64,000 bases of DNA, from contig OZ374557.1 in assembly GCA_977862235.1 (NCBI GenBank), positions 2,046,001 to 2,110,000 of the forward strand, written 5' to 3'. The stretch is from Dudresnaya verticillata. Its lineage: Eukaryota. Below are positions 1 through 10,905 of this stretch, piece by piece (the first letter of the stretch is position 1; each line of letters starts with the position of its first letter). Below the pieces are notes generated by a model. The model saw nothing but the letters and a program-made list of their open reading frames with translations, made no database searches and had not been told where the DNA came from. A program made the translations under genes and the position numbers.

Positions 1-1497
1 CTTGTGCCGGCGGCACCCCATCATCCCCTCTTTGGAGCAAATAATGGTGCCCGAAGCGCTACAGCCGCGGCTTCTCCAGCTCGCAGACTACTCCTTCCTG
101 GCTGGCCACCCCAAGATCTTCTACACGCTCCTCGAGAGCTACTACTGGCCACACATGTCAGCGGACATAGCCATGACAGTTCGGAACTGTCGGCACTGTG
201 CCAGAAATCGCATACGCTTGGGAGGATACCTTCCTCGACTGAAGCTATTCCCAGCCATGATACTGCTCCGGTCACTCTTGATCGATATCCTAGGGCCGCT
301 GCCCACGACGAAGTCATTAAAGCGATGCCTAAAAATCATCACAGATCGATTCTCGAAGCTGACTCAGCTAGCGCCGCTGCGCACCCTCAGGGCTTACCAC
401 ACCGCGGTGGCATTCTGTGAGAGGTGGATCTTAAACTACGGACCACCCCACACACCGGGTGTTTGCCAATAGGCCGTTGACGCCGAGGCAAGTACACTCT
501 AAACTTTGTTGAATAAACTTTATCATCACTACGGACCACCGAGGTCTCTTTTATCGGACAACGGGAAGCAATTCACCTCCAAGTTCTTTCAGGCAGTGTG
601 CCGCTACCTCGGACTGAACAACATGTTCACATCCGCCTACCACCCGCAGGCGAACGGTCAGATTCAGCGCTACAACCGGAATGTCATGGCCATGTTGAGG
701 AATTACATCAACGATCACCAGGACGACTGGGATCGATACGCAGCGGCGTTGATATATTCCTACAACTGCCATGTCCATCGCTAGACGCGGACAAAGCCCT
801 TCAGACTCGTGCTATCCGGGCCGCCGCCGGCATTCACTAAGTTTGATAAGGAAGCGGGCAGACCGAAACCTACTGAGGACGTACGTGCGGACTTCCTCAA
901 GCGGCTCGACGCCGCCTTCGAAAGCGCATCGAGCGCCCTTGATAAAACGCAATGGTGTTACAAGAAAGAATTTGACAAACGTGTTAGGAAAGTCAATGCC
1001 CGCATTCGAGCGGGATATTACGTCTTCATCAACTCGAGAGACGGGGTTAAGAACCCAAGAAGCTCCAGAGCCCATCGATCGGACCCTACCGCATGCTGCT
1101 TAATGATACGTGCACGCTGTTCATCGACAGCGACGGCTTGGTCGAACGCATCGCAGCGTATCGCGCGGTCTATTGTCTCCGCCGCTTCGGGAAGACACTG
1201 TGCAGCGCAGCGCTTACCTACTCATCGCTGAAGAACTCTCATCGAAGGCCATCGATGGTCCTCGGTTCGTGGTGGATAACGTCCTTGATCGCGGCACGGC
1301 CAATTAAGTTTCGCTTCTGTTCAACGTGAAGTGGACCGGTACCACAAGCCAACTTGGGAGCCACGTGTTCATTCCCCCGAGGAGATGGTGAGTCCATACT
1401 TCCCATCGCAGCGGCAACGGAACACTACAAGGCCCTAAGACGGTCCCACCTCCTCATGACCCCTCAGCGGGGGCGCCTCACGCTTGAGCAGGGGATC
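1..1497 (+). pseudogene. Gypsy element D (duplicate): decayed integrase plus C-terminal chromodomain and PPT-like tract
   Basis: HHCC remnant (AGHP..YYWP..CRHC), DILGPLP and LLSDNGKQF..AYHPQANGQIQRYN core. Chromodomain-like FVVDNVLD..FNVKW.G..PTWEP at ~1265-1400. CTCACGCTTGAGCAGGGGATC at ~1477-1497. Stops and frameshifts present. Confidence 0.93.
435..540 (+). mobile_element. 80-bp 5'-truncated non-LTR (LINE/SINE-like) insertion with 13-bp TSD
   Basis: ACTACGGACCACC is duplicated at 435-447 and 528-540. The insert (448-527) ends AATAAACTTTATCATC. Removing it restores integrase ILNYGPP-RSLLSDNG. Confidence 0.8.
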
Positions 1498-2956
1498 ACA
1501 GGCATTCGATACCCTATTGCGGAGGCATCCGATGCCTCAACCTGTCCTGCAACGAGCACCGAGCCCGTTGGTCACTTTTGCGCCAGCAGCAGTGGCAGTA
1601 GCACAAAGGGAGGTAGCAAGATGTTAACCTTCGCGCATCGACGCGCAATCGGCAACGATCATCAGCTAATCACGCAAGGGGAAGCGGCCCCGGGCTGGTC
1701 ACACGCCCCTGCAAGCGGCGCCGACACCATTGCCCTCTGGTTTGTGCACGTATCAGGCTTCGACGTCCCGCGGGCGCAAAGCGAAATATGGTGGACAGCG
1801 GCTGCCGAAGCCGCTGACCAGCGACACGCACGAGGGCGAGCGCGCACTCACGCTAGCGCGACCCTTAACGCCAGCAACATTGGCCGCTGTGAGATAAGGG
1901 CCGACGCGAGCGTGGGTGCGGGAATGAGCGCGTTGACACGCTTAGCACCGTTTTGCCTCGACAGCGATGGGGGACCAAGGGAAGCCGCCCGATCTCCATC
2001 GCACTCGAGTGCACTGAAGTGCCGTTGCAATTGACGCGAAACGGCACCACAAACATATTTGCTACTTAAGCCAGCGGCCCCGGCGCAGGGCGCACGAAAC
2101 GCATCGAGCACGAAAACTGTTCCGGATACAGTGCGTACTGTAGCCGGAGGTTGGGAAACACATAACTAGGCCAGCGGGTCGAAAGGCAACGATCAATTAA
2201 TGGGGGTCGCGAAAAATCCCCAGCCAACGATTGCCTACAATTTGGGCGCGAACCCCCACCAGGCTGGGAGCAGTAGCCGCGGATGACCGAGCTAGCTAGG
2301 GGCGGTATGCCACCGGCGCAAACAGTGGACGCGTGGCAGCGCCCTAACCGAAGAAGACTGCAGCGGTGCCAGCCGCCTAGGATCGGGGCCCAGGGGCGAC
2401 ATTTGTCCCCCAAGCCAACGCGCCACGACGCGCTGCGGCACTGGGATGCCATCTTGAGAATGCACGCGCGCACGAGTGCCTGTTGCAACTGAGCAGCAGC
2501 TCACGCAGCTCTCCGCCTTAAGTTGACGGCTGTCGTAGCGCGGTGGTAGCATGCGCGGGCTCGACGCTCTCGCGCATGCAGCAGTCCACTTGCGGCAGCA
2601 GCCCGAAATGGTGAGCTACTACGCTGGCGACCGATGTAGCCAAAAGGGGTTTGCATCGCCGAGGGCCGCAGCCATATCCCACTCCTGTCCCTTTAAAAAT
2701 ATCTATATACGCGGCGATGGGGTGTATCTAGTGGGCCCCACGATAGCACTTGACAAGCGGGCCCGGCGACATGCGGCAACATTGGTTGCTGCGTGGCCTG
2801 CCCCGGCGCATATGATTGCATCTGTTCCTGTGTCCGCGCCAGGGCTGGGGCCGACTAATACTTCTCTCCAGGCGCTTAGCGAGGGAGCTAACGACTCGGT
2901 TTGAGCGGGCAGCACGCCTAAGCTCCCCCTGTAGTCGCTGCACATCGTGTGCAAAC

Positions 2957-5900
2957 CTATTCCGCTCGGCGTGGTAGCGGAGCACTATGGCGTTCGCAGC
3001 ACCAAGGTCGTCGTTTTCCCACCAGATTGGCCGCGAAGGCGATAAGTGGAGAGCGCAGCGGCGCATCTTTACCCAACAGCACCAGAGCAGAGGCCCGGCG
3101 CACGTTCTGGGCGACCCAGAGGCTCGCCCCTGCAGGTGCATTGAGCGCATCTGTCGATGGCGGCGGCATATTAGGGGCCACCTCACTCGATGGCGGTGGC
3201 CCATATCTCACTATCGGCCTCGATGGTGTGTAAGAAAGAAGCGGCGGATCGACCGCTGCCTGACGCTCCTGCCTTTCACTCATTGCAGCGGCCGGGTGAG
3301 GTGGTCCCACCGTTCGGGGCGCTGGCGCCGCAACGCGCGGCACCGGCGGCAGATAGGGCTCGACCTCCGAGGCCATAACGGCAGCGGCCGACTTGGACGC
3401 TGCTCCCAGGCCCCGATGGGTGCCTGGTTCGCGGCCCTCGACGCGGGTCATTTCCACCATCGAGGTGTACGCACGATCCCTCTGCGGCACGCGCGCTGGT
3501 TGGAGCTTGTGCAAGGTCCCCGCCACGGGGTTGACCCCGCAAGTATACATATAGACGCGTGTTGCGACGTGGCGGCGACGGGTGTGCTTCTCTCGGGCAG
3601 CGGCCACGAGGCGCGCCGTTTTCAGCAGCTGCTTGAAATCAAACGTCACGGAAGTGTTAGCCTGGCCTACTGCGCCTCGAAGGCGCGGAAAGCCCGGGCG
3701 CCTGCTGCGACAGAAGCCATCTCTGTAAACCAAGAGGCGGTCGTCGAGGACCCAACATATATCCTTCGATATGATATCAGAGGCGTAGCGACGCCCAAAC
3801 GCGAACGCATAATCTTCGGAGCGCCTGGCGAGGAGCACTAGACGAACCTCCTCACCCCCGCCGTGGCGTAGTAGAAGTACCGCTGGACGCTGGGCCACGG
3901 GACAACCATGCCAGCGGTCACGTATGTTGTGTGTGGCATAGACGTCAGGTCGAACTGGTCTCGTATTCGCACCCAGACCCGTCGAACGGTGGTAGCGGTG
4001 GTGGTAGAGCGGTGGTGTCGGCCGTGCGCGCCGTCGACGGTCGCATAGCGCGCCGAGCGCGCACGGGGCGGACCGTACGCAGGTGGCAGCGGCTGGATCC
4101 CTGCGTCCCCGTCGTGGGGCGGCGCAAAACCGACGGTAGGGAAAGGAAAATAGAAGCCTAGGCGGCTAGGGAAAGAGGGATGCCGTAGGGCAAAGGACTG
4201 GGAAAGAAACCCAAAGCAGAAAGGGGCAAGCCTGGCGTAGGCTGGCTTGACTTTTACTCAAGCCCAGAGGGGCGACTACTAAATAGACTAAGGGTCTGCG
4301 GCGGCACCAACCCGGGAGGTGCGCCGGCGCGCCCCGACAAGCGTCGACGCGTACGGGTACCGGTAACCCGGGGGCGCGCGTGGGCGAAACGGTCCACACG
4401 TACTCAACGGCTCGACGCCGGAATATTCGCGTGCGTGTCACGCACTCAACGGCTCTACGCCGGAGTGCGTGCGCACGGTGCGCGGGACAACAGGGCGTTT
4501 GACCGCCGCTTACAATAGACCGTGCTGTACACTACAAAAAAACGTAGAAATTACATGGGAGTTTCAGTGTCACACGCGTACACGTGCACGCGCGGGCGCC
4601 ACAGCACACTTCCTTACAGTTCAGCGGGGTTCGGCGCCACCGGCTGACAGCGTGCGCACAGCGGTGCACACGTGGTGGCGCAGCTGGTCTTACATCTGCG
4701 CGTGCGTGGCACAGCTGGTCTTACAGCTATGCCACATATAGATTGGAATACCACTCTGCTGATGGAAACTACGACGCATCGAGCGCCGGGTGCAAGCGTG
4801 CACCTGTGGTAATGAGACCGTCACCGGGGGCGCGGCAGGTCACCCAGTCCCGCTTCCCCATACAAACCCCAAAGAGGCGACGCACGCAGTCGGCATCGGC
4901 CAGACCTTGCGCTTCCTCCGGTGTCTCCGAGATGGGGTTGTCCCCCAGCCAAGCCAACGAGGCCGCGAGTGGCTTGTGAAACCCTTCGGCGGGTTTCAAG
5001 AAGGAGCTTCGCCGCTCTTCTCCATAATCAGCAGCTGCTGGATAGTGGTGACGAACGAGACGTCACACGGTAGGCCGTTAGGTACGAGCCATACTGCAGT
5101 TACGGGCATGAAGGCGGTGTAGACAGCGGCCCCGCCATCATTGCTTGCATCTGCCACGCGCAGGAGACGTTGGACGTCGATTCTGGGCACGGGCAGCCGA
5201 CGCCACCGATTCAGCGGGATCTGGTGGCGTGACCCCTCCCACGCGAAGACAGTGGGAGGCAATGTATCTGCATTTGACACCCTGACACCGAGTCGCTGGG
5301 ACCCAATGATCAGAGACACCCCTCGCATGGCCATGACCAGCAGGAGTGGATCAGCGGCAGCAGCCACAGGAGCAGAATTGACGGCAGCGGCCGATAGGGT
5401 CCCTGGCGTGGTCGAAGCCCCAGCACCAGGGCCCCCGCTCCTGAGCTTCTCGGCGCGGCACGAAGGGGGCCCTAGCAGGCGGCAGCTTAACAACAACTCG
5501 CGGAGGTCGTCGATGACTTGGTCAGGTGCAGATTGCGTGCCACCGGAGGCATGCTGACGCTCCGCGCTGGAGCGGGCGCTGGAACCGGAGCCGCCTTCTC
5601 TGAGCAAGGAGCGGCAGCGGGCGCTCCACTCGATCCTCAACCACGACCTCCCGCAGCGGCGGTTTTTGAGGTGAGGCCGCGGCTTCGCGCCGGCTGCTCG
5701 CGCCGTCCGCTCGACAGAGGCTGGGTTGCATTCTTCTGAGCCACCGCCGCGGCGGCTGGATCAGCGGTTCTTGAGCTGGGAGGCACGCTAGCAGCAGCGG
5801 CGAGGCTTGTCCCCACCAGAGTTGGGGGCGCAGCGGCGCCGAAGGCAGCCGTCGCGGCGGGGAGAGACGGTACACCGGCGCCGACCCCATAGTGGAGACA

Positions 5901-6093
5901 ACAGGGCCAGCGGGCACCACATCTTCCACGGCGACAGGTGGCGCGATTACGGGCGTCGTAGGACCTCCTCCAGGGGCCATTTGCTCCTCGGGTGGTGGGG
6001 GTATCACAACCAGCACAGCGGGTGTGGCCGTTGATGGCGCGCCGGCTGCCGGCGGCGGGCCCGGAGAAGGTGCCCCTTTGGTAGGGGTGCCAT
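2957..6093 (-). pseudogene. Possible degenerate minus-strand ORF of unknown product, split by the LTR at 3932-4736
   Basis: Chain of minus-strand ORF pieces (5522-6016, 4996-5640, 4769-4999, 2957-3898) with a Pro/Ala-rich N-terminal part. No recognisable domain. GC-rich DNA gives long ORFs by chance. Confidence 0.3.
3932..4736 (-). mobile_element. Isolated LTR, diverged relative of family B (B')
   Basis: Termini TGTGGCATAGACGTC...CAGCTATGCCACA. Colinear similarity with 9288-10068 (GCAGCGGC.GGATCCC, CCGACGG.A.GGAAA, CACCAAC.CGGGAGGTG). Internal tandem duplications at ~4402-4462 and ~4672-4727. No clean TSD. Confidence 0.85.
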
Positions 6094-6438
6094 AAATCGC
6101 AGACGAGCGCGTCTTAGTAATCGTTGTTTACCACGCCTCGAAGCGGATGTACGCGTCGACTAGGAGTTGGGGTGAAAAAAGAGCACAGAAACACGACAGC
6201 GGTCAGTGGTGTGCAGAGCGTGGGGGCGAAGGGAAGTTTGCTGAGAGCGATACCAGCAACCTCCCCACGGCTCTACACGCAGTGATCCTTATATGCGTAG
6301 CGGCGCACCGCTCACACTCGCACACCTTTGACGGGCGCGCGCGTGCGCCCCGTCGGTAACGGCCACTCAGGCGCGCCATCATGGGCCCGGGGAACCTCAA
6401 CGGACGTGAGCGGGACGCTCACGCTTGAGGGGGGATCG

Positions 6439-7203
6439 TGTAGTATAGCTGTCATAACCCTGTCTACAACGGCTGTAAGGGGGTGCACAGATGCGCACTG
6501 TAATAGTGTAGAAGGGCGACGCCAGCTGACGAGTCGTATTTGGGCAGCGAGCCCGTAGATTGTCGTTGATCTTAGCGGCGGTCGATCGCCTTGCTGTTCG
6601 CAGCGACCGCGCGCCGTGCCGCAACGGCGTGCTACCGTAGCGCTCTCCGCCATCGAGCTGTTGAAAGGGCCGCTGCCCGTTACGCCCTGCGCGGGCCCAC
6701 GGGTAGCCGTTACCCATTCGTTTCGACATTTCTATGGACGCACGCACGAGCCCCTCCCGTGTTGGTGCCGCAGGGGTGCATTAGGCGTAGGAGTAGCCGT
6801 ATCTGTACATAGTGTAGCGTATTTATGGCCGTCTGTCATCGACGGCTCAGTAACCGGGGAAGCAAAAGCTCATGCTGAAGCTTACCCCAAGCCTTTCGAG
6901 TTTGGTCGCTTTCCTCTACGCAAGCGGGGGTTCTCTTTTTCCCTTGCCTCGTTGGGCTTCCCCCTTCCTTTCCTTTCCGTCGGCTTCATTGCGCCCTTCG
7001 ACAGGGACGTTGGGATCCGTCCACTGCCTACCCGCGTGCGGTACGTCCCGTGCGCGCTCCGGCATCAACGGCGTTGATCCGCACCTGCGGGGCACACGCG
7101 GACAACACCGCTCTACCACAATCAGCTACCCATCAACGGGTCTGTGTGGCGGCTTCGGACCAGAAAGTATCAGACGTCGGATCGACCCGACGTCTATACT
7201 ACA
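6439..7203 (+). mobile_element. Family B LTR preceded by a PPT (orphan 3' LTR)
   Basis: TGTAGTATAGC...GTCTATACTACA termini, reverse-complement match to 9288-10068 and 23063-23825. Immediately preceded by GCTTGAGGGGGGATCG. Confidence 0.93.
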
Positions 7204-7413
7204 CCCGCCATCGCCCGGGAAACAACCAATTTGTTCGTGGCAACAACATGCAGCAGACGTACCCCTCCGCTGCAAACTCGTATGCCCAAACGCGGGATGA
7301 GGATGACGCGCACATGATAACTCGCGTCTCCGATGGGAGTTACTATCCGCGCGCCCCACCCGCCCAGAACGACGAGGATCACGGTTATCCGGACATGGTA
7401 CAGCATCCGTATG

Positions 7414-8253
7414 TGTGGTATAGACGCTGTCCGCGAAACGAATCCGTGGTCTACGTGAACATAATCGAGAAATACGAATTTCGAAGTGACTCCGTGAATG
7501 TGTACGCCACGATGGCAAACGTATTACAGTGCGCATACTGTGCGCGCGCCACGATGGCACTCGCATTACAGCACGCACGTGATACGAAATCGCTGACACC
7601 TCCGGCCGAATTCCGAGCCGACTTCGTGATCGCGCGCGCCACGATGGCATTCGCATTACAGTGCGCACCCGATACGAAATCGCTGACACCTTCGTGACTT
7701 TCCCGTTGTTTCCCGTGCGTAACGGCACCGGGGCCGACGAGACACGCGCACCTCTGTATGCATCGCTGGCGCACTTCGTAACCGCCACCATACGTGAGTC
7801 GACCGTTCGTTGGCACCGAGGCCGCTACGAATCATTCGAGTACGAACCGTCTCCCGCGTTGACGTGCATTTGTGCTCACGTAGTATTACTTAGCCAGTCG
7901 TCTGGCACAACCTCCGAGGGTTTCCGAAGCGACTAGCGCCCGGACCTCGGAGTCTTCGGTAAACGCCTGTTTCTTCGAGTTCGGTGTCTTCGTCTTCGTG
8001 ACCGCGGATACGGTCGAGCCTCGCTATCGATAGCCCCGCGCACCCGGAGTCATCCCCGGTGATCGATCGCTCGAGTTATCCCTTCCGCACACGAATACGT
8101 TGACACCGTGGTCCTTCGTGTTGGTCGCTCCGCTATACCACGCACCACCCCTTTTCGTTTCTCTGTTAGGCTACGAGGCCATTCGTTAGGCTCCGAGGCG
8201 ATTCCTTACAGTGCGAGACTTTCCCGCGTCACCGTGGACTTCGTTATGCCACA
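7414..8253 (+). mobile_element. 5' LTR of Gypsy element A
   Basis: TGTGGTATAG...TTATGCCACA termini, followed by a PBS and gag. ~90-bp internal tandem repeats at ~7505-7691. Related copy at 60720-61562. Confidence 0.93.
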
Positions 8254-8254
8254 C

Positions 8255-8272
8255 TGGTCTCCCGACCTAGAA
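8255..8272 (+). promoter_or_regulatory. Primer-binding site of element A (probably tRNA-Tyr)
   Basis: TGGTCTCCCGACCTAGAA, 1 nt after the LTR end and 17/18 identical to the PBS of element C. Confidence 0.85.
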
Positions 8273-9287
8273 CGTGGTTCCTAAGTTTCGCATTTATTCG
8301 TAATTTGCTTCTATCCGAGACCCGATGTCTCACGCTCCGAGTCGTCCCGATTCGCCGGTACCGAAACCCGATGAGGTACCGATTCCGGAGCTCCCGTTGT
8401 TCGACTCGAACGCGAGTGACCAAAAACCGTTTTCTCGCACTCTTGTTTCACGTATAACGGTACCCGATCTTCGCATAGACTCGCGTTGGCAGGCTCACGG
8501 TAGCCAGTCCGACCTTTCGAATGCGTACACTCCGTTGGGGATCGTTCCCTCGGATAACGTCGATCGACCCTTCTCGATGAAGGAAGTCTCCGGTGCAGAA
8601 CTACTTTTGCTCTACGAAGAGGTCATCGACGCGCTTTCCACTGCGTACCGTATCACGCAGCTTTCAATTCGTAATACGCATAATCGAGTTCACGCAGATT
8701 TCAATACTTTCCGCGCCGACAAGGTCCGTAGGATCGAAGACTTACTCGAGAGTCTCCGGGATCTCGTCTCGGGAGTCAGCAACGGTTTCCTCATGCTCGA
8801 GAGCAACGTATCCGCCCCGTGGGCAAGGCGAGTCACTCGCTTCCCGTTCGCAGCTCGCACGCATTCTCCGAGGAACAGTTGAACGCTATTCGTGACATCG
8901 TGTCCGCCGCGTTACCGAAGGAAAGGACTCAAAGTCGCGAAGATCGTCCCGATGCCCGTCCTGACCCCCGTAATTCGCCGCTAGTTCAACCCGTGCAAGA
9001 TCCAGGTGCCCAATCTACGTTACCGAAAAACACGTATCCGAATCAGTCCCCGCACCCTTCATCGCATCAGGCAACCGATGCATTCGACAACCCCCGTATC
9101 AACCCCACAGTATTCAGAGATTCACTTCAACCACCGATGTCCACCGGACGACCCGTAATCGAAAATTCGTTATCGCTCGCGGGACCCGTGTCATCGTTCT
9201 GACACTGGGGACCGCTCGAGCCGGGCGTTGAACCGATACCGATGCTCATTCCCGAATTCGCGCGGGGCGTAAGCTATCGATCGTATC

Positions 9288-10068
9288 TGTAGTATAGACG
9301 TCGGGTCGATCCGACATCTGATACTTGCTGGTCCGAAGCCGCCACACAGACCCGTCGATGGGTAGCTGTTGGGGTTGGTAGAGCGGTGTCGGCCGCGTGC
9401 GCCCCGCAGGTGCGGATCAACGGCGTCGATGCCGGAGCGCGCACGGGGCGTACCGTACGCGGGTAGGCAGCGGCCGGATCCCAGCGTCCCTGTCGAAGGG
9501 CGGCACGAAGCCGACGGAAAGGAAAAGGAAAGAGGAAAGCCTAGCGAGGCAAGGGGAAAAAAGGGAAACCGCCCGCTGGCGTAAGACAAAGGGATCGAAC
9601 CCGAAAAGGCTGGGGGCAAGCTTCAGCGCGAGCTGTTGCTTGCCCGGTTTACTGAGCTGTCGATGGCCGACGGTCTTAAATACCCTACAATATGTGCACT
9701 ACGACTACTTCTACAGTAGGTGCGCCCCACAACACCAACGCGGGAGGTGTGCGAGCGCGCGCCCATACACGTGTCGACACGTCCGGGTACCGGTTACCCG
9801 TGGGCGCGCGCGGGGCGAAACGGGCAGCGGCCCTCTCAACGGCTCGATGCCGGAGAGCGTCTCAGGGGCGCGGCGTGTGTGGCACGGCGCGCGGCCGCTG
9901 CCGGCAGCAATGCGGTCGACCGCGACCGCTACTAATTCAACGAAAAAACTAAGGGCACGCTGCCCAACCACGACTCGCCAGCGGGCGTCATCGTGTGCAC
10001 CATTACAGTGCGGCGCTGCCAGCATACCTTACAGCCGCTGCTGATAGTGTGCTGACAGCTATACTACA
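9288..10068 (-). mobile_element. Solo LTR, family B, TSD GTATC
   Basis: TGTAGTATAGACG...GCTATACTACA, with GTATC at 9283-9287 and 10069-10073. Confidence 0.96.
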
Positions 10069-10905
10069 GTATCGACTCACGAATTCGTCACCTCGGGATA
10101 ATCAACACGAAGTATTCCCAGGTAACACATCGAAAACCGTTTCGCGCATACGTTCGATGATGCCGAGACTCGAGACGTTTAAGAGACGCGATCCGATTAA
10201 GGTTCTCGCATTTCGTCGTGATATTCGACAAGCGCTGAACGGAATCGGGCTCATCGAAGGAGCAGCAGTTCGTACGATCTCGTGGTTCCTCGACGAGACC
10301 GCGCTCAAGGTGTATCAACTCTATACCTTCGGAGGCGTTCGTACTGGCAACCCGGTTTGCTGGTCCTCTATCGTGAACGTATTGCTACAACGCTATCTCA
10401 AAGAAGATGTAATCGCTGACGCAAACGCTCGCATGATTACCGCGAAGCAGAAGTCCGAAGAAACCGAGATCGAAATTGCGCCTCGTCTACAAGGCTACAC
10501 GGATCTCTGCTACGGTGTCTACGATGACTCTTCGCTAACGCACCAATTTATTTTTGTACTACTACCTACTACGTATCCTATCGTGGCCGACCAGGCTCAC
10601 CGTTTAACGTTGTCCGAGCAAAAGAACTTCATGAGCGTACAACGAATCGCGCAAGCCGAAGGTACGACATTCCGAGATCGCGAACAACGTGACACCGCGG
10701 CCCAACAGTCGCGTGATTCGAAGAACCGAGCGTCCGCTACGTACCGAAGAGTCGCCAAGCGCCCGGATGCACGATACTTATCGAAGCTTGCGACACACGC
10801 GGGAGTGAATTCGAGTACCCGATGAACGAAGATCCGCAAATGGCCGTGATGATGATTCGTGCAGGAACCGGGTCCACATCCGCTACACCGACTACTTCGA
10901 CAACG

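Noticed and set aside
2121..2146. Hairpin CCGGATACAGT-GCGT-ACTGTAGCCGG as a terminator or Helitron end
   Set aside because: Isolated, with no U-tract, and the nearest CTAG is ~20 nt away with no matching 5' end identified.
9191..10044. Recurrent ORFs shared by 6872-7300, 9191-10044 and 22886-23493
   Set aside because: These are incidental frames in GC-rich family B LTRs, with different starts, stops and frames among copies.
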